A stretch of DNA of 29,845 nt from Fimbriimonadales bacterium (GTDB lineage: Bacteria; Armatimonadota; Fimbriimonadia; Fimbriimonadales; Fimbriimonadaceae). The stretch covers positions 1 to 29,845 of the forward strand of contig JBBQMJ010000001.1 in NCBI GenBank assembly GCA_038328815.1. The letters are read 5' to 3'. Both the position numbers and the translations under genes were made by a program. Below, piece after piece: positions 23,599 through 29,845 of the stretch (within the stretch, counting starts at the first letter, position 1; each line of letters starts with the position of its first letter). Under the pieces are notes generated by a model. The model saw nothing but the letters and a program-made list of their open reading frames with translations, had not been told where the DNA came from and did no database searches.

Positions 23599-24809
23599 AG
23601 TACTGGGTCGTTCGCATTGCCAGCATCGCGCTGGCTCTCTTTGCCTGCTACGGCATCGATATGATGAGTGCGGGTTGGAATTCCTACAGCCAGCGCATTT
23701 TTGCACTGGTGGGTCTGTACGTCACCCTTGCCGTTAGCCTCAACCTTATTAATGGAATTACTGGGCAGTTCTCAATCGGCCATGCGGCTTTCTATCAGGT
23801 CGGCGCCTATCTCAGCGGCTACATTAGCGTGACCTTTTACGACAAGATGGGCGTTCATGGCTTGCCCTGGCTGTTCTTGATGATGTTTGCCGGCGCCGCC
23901 GGGGCAGCAGTTGCCGGCCTCGTTGTCGGATTACCTTCGCTTCGATTACGTGGTGACTACCTTGCCATTGTAACGATGGGCTTTGGTGAGATCATACGGA
24001 TCATCGTCGAGAACACGGACAAGATCGGCGGTTCGTATGGCCTCAACGTTCAGCCCAAGTTCTTGCATGTCGGCGTCATATGGCTGCTCGCCATTGTTTG
24101 TATCGCGGTCTGCCGAAACCTACTTAAGACCGCCCACGGTCTGCCCTTCCTTGCGGTCCGAGAGGACGAGATTGCCAGTTCGGCAATGGGCGTGAACGTC
24201 ACGTCGACGAAGGTGACGGCCTTTGTTTTAGGATCTGCATTTGCCGGTGCCGCGGGCGCGCTGCTTGCCCATTACGAAGGGTTCATCACTCCGACCACGT
24301 TTGCGATGGACACGTCTTTCATCATCCTGACCATGGTTGTCCTGGGCGGAACCGGATCCATCACTGGCAGCGCCATCTCAGCTGCCCTGTTGGCCTATTT
24401 GCCTGAATACTTACGAACGCTGCAAAACGCTGATGGAACGCCGCTCGCGGTGACGGGCTCGTCGGTTATGGCCGCCCTCCTGACGGTTGCCGTCGCGGTT
24501 GGGGCCATTCGTGCCGTGATTAACATGCCGGGAGCGAGCGCGCAAAAACGGACGCTCTATATCTTGGGAGCCATTTTGGCGTCAGGGCTAGTCAAGATCA
24601 TCTTTCAAATCGCCCTGTTGCAAGTCCCCTATCTTGCCAAGCTGCATATTGAGGCGGGCCAACTTAGGATGGTCATCTTCGCCGTTAGTCTGGTAGTGAT
24701 CATGCTCATCAGGCCACAAGGAATCTTCGCTCACCACGAATTCAGTTGGAGTTGGGTTAAGAAGGTCTTGTTCAGGAAAGAAGGTCCAAAGACGGCGGTG
24801 GCCTCGTGA
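23595..24809 (+). CDS. livM: Branched-chain amino acid ABC transporter permease LivM
   Basis: LNLINGITGQFSIGHAAF, LRLRGDYLAIVTMGFGEI, AVREDEIASSAMGVN and RPQGIF. Confidence 0.95.
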   Translation: MKYWVVRIASIALALFACYGIDMMSAGWNSYSQRIFALVGLYVTLAVSLNLINGITGQFSIGHAAFYQVGAYLSGYISVTFYDKMGVHGLPWLFLMMFAGAAGAAVAGLVVGLPSLRLRGDYLAIVTMGFGEIIRIIVENTDKIGGSYGLNVQPKFLHVGVIWLLAIVCIAVCRNLLKTAHGLPFLAVREDEIASSAMGVNVTSTKVTAFVLGSAFAGAAGALLAHYEGFITPTTFAMDTSFIILTMVVLGGTGSITGSAISAALLAYLPEYLRTLQNADGTPLAVTGSSVMAALLTVAVAVGAIRAVINMPGASAQKRTLYILGAILASGLVKIIFQIALLQVPYLAKLHIEAGQLRMVIFAVSLVVIMLIRPQGIFAHHEFSWSWVKKVLFRKEGPKTAVAS

Positions 24810-25570
24810 GCCTGCTGAAGCTCAACAAGGCAACGATTCGGTTTGGTGGTCTTGTGGCCGTCAACGAAGTGAGCTTCGATCTTGAAAAGGGCGATCTCTT
24901 CGGCCTAATCGGCCCTAACGGCGCCGGCAAGACGACTTGTTTCAACCTGATTACCGGTGTATACACGCCAACGTCGGGTGAGATTGTGTTTCAAGGCAAA
25001 CAGATTCAGGGCACCCCTTCAAATCGTATAGCTAGCCTAGGCATAGCGCGAACCTTCCAAAATATCAGGCTCTTCCCCGCTCTATCAGTTTTGGAGAACG
25101 TAGTCGTCGGCGGATTCCTTAGACACAAGACCGGGCTGTTCAGCGCCCTTGCCTATCTCCCCAATTCAATAAAAGAGACAACGCGACTTAAGGACGAGGC
25201 TTACCATCTGCTAGAAATCCTCGACCTGGAAGACGTGGCTGATACTCGTAGCGCAGACTTGCCCTACGGAAAGCAGCGACGCTTAGAAATTGCCCGCGCA
25301 ATGGCCACGCAACCGGAGTTGCTCCTGTTGGATGAGCCCGCAGCGGGCATGAACCCGCAGGAATCTGAAGACCTAATGCGCACCGTGCGCAAACTTCGAG
25401 ACGAGCACGGCAAGACCGTCCTGCTCATAGAGCACGATATGAAGTTCGTTATGAACCTCTGCGAAAAGATTTTCGTGCTGGACCACGGCGAGCAAATTGC
25501 CTACGGCGGTCCCAGTGAAGTCCGCAATGACCCGAAGGTCATCGCAGCGTATCTTGGCGAAGCCGTTTAA
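24806..25570 (+). CDS. livG: Branched-chain amino acid ABC transporter ATP-binding protein LivG
   Basis: FGGLVAV, GPNGAGKTT, ARTFQNIRLF, LPYGKQRRLEIARA, LLDEPAAGMN, LIEHDM and VIAAYLG. Confidence 0.96.
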   Translation: MSLLKLNKATIRFGGLVAVNEVSFDLEKGDLFGLIGPNGAGKTTCFNLITGVYTPTSGEIVFQGKQIQGTPSNRIASLGIARTFQNIRLFPALSVLENVVVGGFLRHKTGLFSALAYLPNSIKETTRLKDEAYHLLEILDLEDVADTRSADLPYGKQRRLEIARAMATQPELLLLDEPAAGMNPQESEDLMRTVRKLRDEHGKTVLLIEHDMKFVMNLCEKIFVLDHGEQIAYGGPSEVRNDPKVIAAYLGEAV

Positions 25571-25627
25571 CTGGGAGATTTTCGTAAGTCCGGACGCAGG
25601 CCCAAACTATCCTGCGACTACATTGAA

Positions 25628-26641
25628 CTAGAAGTTAATGACTTTCTTAGCTGCTGCCACGATCTTTTCAACCGACGGCAGGACAAACGACTCCAGGGGC
25701 TTTGCCCATGGCACTGGCGTATCCAGGCGAGTAATTCTTAGCGGAGGCGCATCCAGCAAGTCGAAGGCGTTGTTGCATATCCGAGCAACGATCTCGCCTG
25801 CGAAACCGCAGGTCATGGGAGCCTCGTTGACTACAATCACACGGTTTGTCTTGGCGATTGACTTGTAAATCGTCTCTTCGTCAAGAGGGACCAACGTTCG
25901 AATATCGATGACCTCGGCTGAAATACCGTCTTTCGCCAGTTCGTCAGCTGCCTGCAAGCAGTGGTAGACATTGTTTCCGTAGCTAACGAAAGTCAAGTCC
26001 GTTCCTTCGCGGCGAACAGCAGCCTGACCTAGCGGAACGATATAATCCTCGTCTGGCAGAACCTCTTCGATCTCACGAAGCCGATACAACTCCTTGATCT
26101 CATAGAAGATAGTTGGGTTGCCATCTCGGAAGGCTGCTTTCAGCAAACCCTTAGCATCGTAAGGCGTTGAAGGAACAATGATGCGAAGACCAGGCGAGTT
26201 CGCAAACCAAGCCTCGTTCATCTGAGAATGATAGAGTGCGCCGCCGCCATAGGCGCCCGCCGGCCCTCGAACCACGACGGGCATGTTAACCTCGCCGGCA
26301 GTTCGATAGTGATAGGTCGCCATCATATTGACGATTTGGTCAAAGCCAGTTGAAATGAAGTCAATGAACTGCATTTCGGCCATGACCGTTTTGCCGTTCA
26401 GGGCAGCTCCAACGCTCGCGCCGATGATGGCCGCTTCGCTGATTGGCATGTCCATAACGCGATGCTTGCCGTGCTTTGCCTGGAGGCCCTCGGTCACGCC
26501 GAAGGCACCGCCTAGCACGCCGATGTCCTCGCCCATGGCGATCATCTCGGGATTCCGCGTTAGTTCCTCGTCAATGGCCTCTTTCAAGGCAGTGAGGTAG
26601 TTCTTTTTGATCGCAACTGGTGCGTCTTTAACCGGGCTCAT
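25628..26641 (-). CDS. 2-oxoacid dehydrogenase E1 beta subunit (branched-chain/pyruvate family)
   Basis: GEDIGVLGGAFGVT, DMPISEAAIIG, EMQFIDF, HSQ, STPYDAKGLL, EVIDIRTLVPLD and RLDTPVP. Confidence 0.95.
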   Translation of the reverse strand: MSPVKDAPVAIKKNYLTALKEAIDEELTRNPEMIAMGEDIGVLGGAFGVTEGLQAKHGKHRVMDMPISEAAIIGASVGAALNGKTVMAEMQFIDFISTGFDQIVNMMATYHYRTAGEVNMPVVVRGPAGAYGGGALYHSQMNEAWFANSPGLRIIVPSTPYDAKGLLKAAFRDGNPTIFYEIKELYRLREIEEVLPDEDYIVPLGQAAVRREGTDLTFVSYGNNVYHCLQAADELAKDGISAEVIDIRTLVPLDEETIYKSIAKTNRVIVVNEAPMTCGFAGEIVARICNNAFDLLDAPPLRITRLDTPVPWAKPLESFVLPSVEKIVAAAKKVINF

Positions 26642-27774
26642 TTCGACTCCTTAAAGACCCACATGCCGCCTTCTTCTGCTTCAGGCAGTGGTGACGCGAG
26701 AGCGAACTTGATACCCTCATCCATAAACTCCACAACCTCTGGCGGGAAGTCTTCAGTGGCTGCATCGGCGGCGTTCTTGCCTTCAGCCATGTACTTCGCA
26801 GCAACTTCCGCCGTTATGATTCCACGCTCCAAGAGCCGCTTCCGGCAAACCGCAATTGGGTCTCTAGCGCGGCCGTGCTCTACTTCTTCAGCAGAGCGAT
26901 ACTTCACAGCACGGTCGTCATCGTGATCGCCGTGCCCATAAGCACGGAAGGTCTTGCACTCAACGATGCTTGGGCCCTTGCCCGCTCTTGCGTGAGCGAC
27001 CGCTTCCATCACCTTGTCGTAAACATCGAACACATCTTGGCCGTCAGCGATTAGACCGGGAATGCCAAATCCATTGGCGCGATCGGCCACGTCGGGAGTT
27101 GGACATTCAAGCTCAACCGGCGTTCCATAAGCCCACTGGTTATTCTCAATAACTGTGATTACGGGCAGCTTGTGGATGGCGGCAAAGTTAATTCCTTCGT
27201 GAAAGACGCCCTGAGCGGTAGAACCTTCACCGTTGAACGTGAGGACCACGTTATCAGAGCCATTTAGCTTGTCTGCCAGCGCAACACCTGCGGCCACAGG
27301 AATCGTGCCCGCAAGCATCGAAGTCGAGTGGATGATGTGCTTTGCCCGGCTACCAATGTGGGACCAGTTGTCTCGAGCCCTTCCAGGCGAGCCGACTTTG
27401 CCCCAAACCTGAGCGCAAACCTCTTCAATGCTCATTCCCATACGGTTAGGGTTGCGGAGTCCCGAGCGGGAGTCCTTGAGGAAGAACATCGGCATGTCGC
27501 GGTGGATCGGGCTGATCCAGTCGCTGGCATTCAGGCCATAAATCGAACCGACGATAATCGCCTCTTGATTGTGCGATGAATACAAGGTGCCACGCAGGCG
27601 CCCTCGCTTCTTCTCTTTGATCAGCCGCACATCAAAATAACGCGCGAGATAAAGCTGCTTGAATAGCTCAAGACAGTCCTCTTTGCTCAATAACTCGCTT
27701 GGCTTTTTCAAGGTTTCATCGAGTTTACGGGTCGGTGTGGCCGTCGCTGGGCCAGTTTCAGGGCTCAAGGGCAT
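26638..27774 (-). CDS. 2-oxoacid dehydrogenase E1 alpha subunit (TPP-dependent, possibly branched-chain)
   Basis: TPP motif NGEGSTAQG...ENNQWAYGTP and TFRAYGHGDHD. The GEG variant resembles Bacillus BCKDH E1 alpha. AGGAGA SD upstream; ATGA overlap with the beta subunit gene. Confidence 0.93.
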   Translation of the reverse strand: MPLSPETGPATATPTRKLDETLKKPSELLSKEDCLELFKQLYLARYFDVRLIKEKKRGRLRGTLYSSHNQEAIIVGSIYGLNASDWISPIHRDMPMFFLKDSRSGLRNPNRMGMSIEEVCAQVWGKVGSPGRARDNWSHIGSRAKHIIHSTSMLAGTIPVAAGVALADKLNGSDNVVLTFNGEGSTAQGVFHEGINFAAIHKLPVITVIENNQWAYGTPVELECPTPDVADRANGFGIPGLIADGQDVFDVYDKVMEAVAHARAGKGPSIVECKTFRAYGHGDHDDDRAVKYRSAEEVEHGRARDPIAVCRKRLLERGIITAEVAAKYMAEGKNAADAATEDFPPEVVEFMDEGIKFALASPLPEAEEGGMWVFKESK

Positions 27775-27778
27775 AGTC

Positions 27779-27830
27779 TCCTAAGGGGTCGGAATGAACC
27801 TAAAGCTTACCCGACCAACCCTTCTTAGGA
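27779..27830 (-). promoter_or_regulatory. 5'UTR hairpin that pairs with part of the E1 alpha Shine-Dalgarno sequence
   Basis: The mRNA reads UCCUAAG...GGUCGG-N18-CCGACC-c-CUUAGGA-gacu-AUG, giving 7-bp and 6-bp stems. Confidence 0.5.
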
Positions 27831-27882
27831 TCGGCGAGTTGCGCTTAGAAAGATAGCTATCAAGCCTAGACTGTGGGCGTTA

Positions 27883-28896
27883 TTAGCCGCCGGCAGCCAT
27901 CTGCTTGGCAGTAGCCGCAGAAGCCAACACATCATCAATGGTGAATTTGCCCGCAAGACTTGTCAGCGAGGTACCGGCTTTGTCGATAAAGACAATCGTT
28001 GGGCTCTTCGTAACCTTGTACTTCAGGTTCGTCGACTTGCTGCGAGGTATGTCCAAGCGAACAAATACGAAGTCCTTACTTAGGGCCTTAAACGTGGGGT
28101 CGCTGATAATGTCGCGCTCCACAATATTGCTCTGCTTGACTGATCGATTAAAGAATAATGCGAGCACTTGCTTATTCGTTCTCGAAGCGACCTTTATTGC
28201 GTCATCCAGACTGACATACCAGCGCTCCGCAAAGAACTCATCCGGTGTCTGTTCCTTCACGCCGTCAGGGGCGTTGAATTCGAACGCGCTGGGCTTGAAT
28301 TCTCCATTTAACGTCAACGTCTTGGTATCGAGAACCAGTGTTTCACCGCTGCCCGTAATTTGGGACTCGAATTGTGCCTGCCTAGGCAAGTTGTCCTGAG
28401 GATCAAGAAACAGCGTACTGGTCTTTGACGCATCCATGTTCATCTGAAGTTGGAGGACCAGGAGGGACATATTCTTTCTAACAATCGTCCCTTGTGAGCG
28501 GGCGCCCTGCTGACCTTCGATGCCATTCGCGTCAAAAAACGGCTTCCAAATGCTAAGAGCATCGCCTTGAAAGGCGTCTAGCAATCCGCTATCCGTTTGA
28601 GGTTGCTTGCAAAAGGACAGACGGTCCTTGCTGTAGGTTGTAATGTTTGAACCGTCTGCAACGATCACGACATGGGGCGTTTCGATCCGCGCCTTATTTG
28701 GCTTCGCCATATCTACCTTGTAGTCCGAACGTGAGCCAGTGATCGTTTGAGATGAAAACGTCACGCTCAAAGACTTGGCGCCATAGATAGCTTTGTTATA
28801 GTCGTCGAGCAATGCCCGGCCGTGAGTTGTTCCCTGCCCGAAACTGCAGACCGAGAGAACCGAGACGATACCAATTCCAATAAATCTTCGAACCAT
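27883..28896 (-). CDS. Secreted LolA-like (DUF2092-type) domain fused to a thioredoxin-like domain without CxxC
   Basis: Signal peptide, then LolA-like KPNKARIET...VADGSNITTY...F.F.AP. The C-terminal part reads W..SLDDA...A....K.VL..F and PTIVFID. Confidence 0.75.
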   Translation of the reverse strand: MVRRFIGIGIVSVLSVCSFGQGTTHGRALLDDYNKAIYGAKSLSVTFSSQTITGSRSDYKVDMAKPNKARIETPHVVIVADGSNITTYSKDRLSFCKQPQTDSGLLDAFQGDALSIWKPFFDANGIEGQQGARSQGTIVRKNMSLLVLQLQMNMDASKTSTLFLDPQDNLPRQAQFESQITGSGETLVLDTKTLTLNGEFKPSAFEFNAPDGVKEQTPDEFFAERWYVSLDDAIKVASRTNKQVLALFFNRSVKQSNIVERDIISDPTFKALSKDFVFVRLDIPRSKSTNLKYKVTKSPTIVFIDKAGTSLTSLAGKFTIDDVLASAATAKQMAAGG

Positions 28897-28974
28897 AGGA
28901 CTCCTGCTAAGATAAATGACGCTTTATCCTTTGTAGTGTAACGCAGGGATGACGTATCTCACACCTGGTAAGAC

Positions 28975-29845
28975 ATGCGAACTTACGTCTTTGTAGCCTT
29001 AATCGCGCTCATCCATCTGATCTTGGCGGTTATGTACGCTGGCGCGACGCCATACCGCACTGCCGGAATCCTGAAGGGAAGCTTTTCAGCGCCCGGCATC
29101 CACGCTACTGTTGCAGACATTGGCAATCCAGATGAGCGCGCCCATGCCAACTACATTCAATATTTACTTGACGGGAAGGGTTTTCCTGTTTTCAAACAAG
29201 GCGATGGAGAGCAATACGAGGCGCATCAGCCTCCTGCCTACTATTTGCTCGCAGCAGGCTTCTCCAAGGTCGTCGGCGTTTCAGACGTTTCTCAGCCAGA
29301 AGGTGCACGCTTAAGGTGGCTAAACGCCCTGCTTGGGGCCGGAATGGTTGTCGGAGTGTTTGCCGCCGCCTTTTGGGGATTTGAGCGGAAAGATATTGCC
29401 CTCCCAGCAGCCCTTTTCGCTGCCTTACTTCCTATGCTATGCGCGCTGGACGGCGCAGTCTCTAACGACCCTCTTCTCTTTTGCGCTCTTACCTGGGCTA
29501 TAGCCCTACTCGCAAAAGGCGTTGTTCAGGGATGGAACTGGAAACTGGCGGTCGGCATCGGGGTCCTCGCAGGCATTAGCCTATTAACGAAGACCACGGC
29601 ATTGGCTCTGCTTCCAACAATTGTGGCGGCATCTTTGCTTGGTAAGCGCGCACCGCTCACTTTCGTTGGAGCCGCGCTCTTCATCGCCCTGATCCTGGTT
29701 GGGCCTTGGTGGTTTCGAAATAAACAGCTTTATGGGGATCCGCTAGCGATGTCCGCCTTTAGCAGTGGTTTTGGCAATCCGCGCCCTCAAGACATCATTC
29801 CGGGCTTGCCTGGTGGTGCGTTTGAATACTGGACCAACTGGTTTG
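28975..29845 (+). CDS. GT-C fold membrane glycosyltransferase (GT39/ArnT/DUF2142-like; partial, runs off the right edge)
   Basis: Not in the track because it has no stop in the window. Manual translation gives MRTYVFVALIALIHL...NPDERAHANY...YEAHQPPAYY...VSNDPL...LLTKTT...PWWFRNKQLYGDP. Confidence 0.88.
   Translation, partial: MRTYVFVALIALIHLILAVMYAGATPYRTAGILKGSFSAPGIHATVADIGNPDERAHANYIQYLLDGKGFPVFKQGDGEQYEAHQPPAYYLLAAGFSKVVGVSDVSQPEGARLRWLNALLGAGMVVGVFAAAFWGFERKDIALPAALFAALLPMLCALDGAVSNDPLLFCALTWAIALLAKGVVQGWNWKLAVGIGVLAGISLLTKTTALALLPTIVAASLLGKRAPLTFVGAALFIALILVGPWWFRNKQLYGDPLAMSAFSSGFGNPRPQDIIPGLPGGAFEYWTNWF

Overview
A gene-dense, mostly housekeeping bacterial chromosomal segment with about 30 CDS. 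I found no rRNA, tRNA, tmRNA, CRISPR array, integrase or transposase. The gene repertoire and style suggest Armatimonadota (Fimbriimonadaceae-like), but this is an unverified inference. Left to right: an M20 peptidase cut by the window edge, two hypotheticals, a 2Fe-2S ferredoxin, RidA, a TetR-EmrA-EmrB efflux operon, two FKBP PPIases, an N-terminal-half-only MetH, a candidate 32-aa membrane peptide, apt-miaA-hfq-dapF, a PilZ protein, smpB, two more FKBPs, a secreted beta-rich protein, an ArgC-derived protein lacking its catalytic motifs, an FmdB-type zinc ribbon, a family-5 UDG, a lone phage terminase-small-subunit-like gene, an aspartyl protease-PDZ protein, a TPR membrane protein, livK-H-M-G (no livF), 2-oxoacid dehydrogenase E1 beta and alpha, a LolA-like/thioredoxin-like fusion and a GT-C glycosyltransferase cut by the edge. 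The most notable observations are (1) the apparent ArgC pseudoenzyme, (2) the orphan TerS-like gene, (3) MetH ending exactly at the pterin/cobalamin domain boundary, (4) a recurring (GG)TANNNT-N6-9-start-codon motif that suggests widespread leaderless transcription, (5) an unannotated small hydrophobic ORF, and (6) an RBS-occluding hairpin ahead of E1 alpha. All family assignments come from motif recognition by eye; no database search was run.
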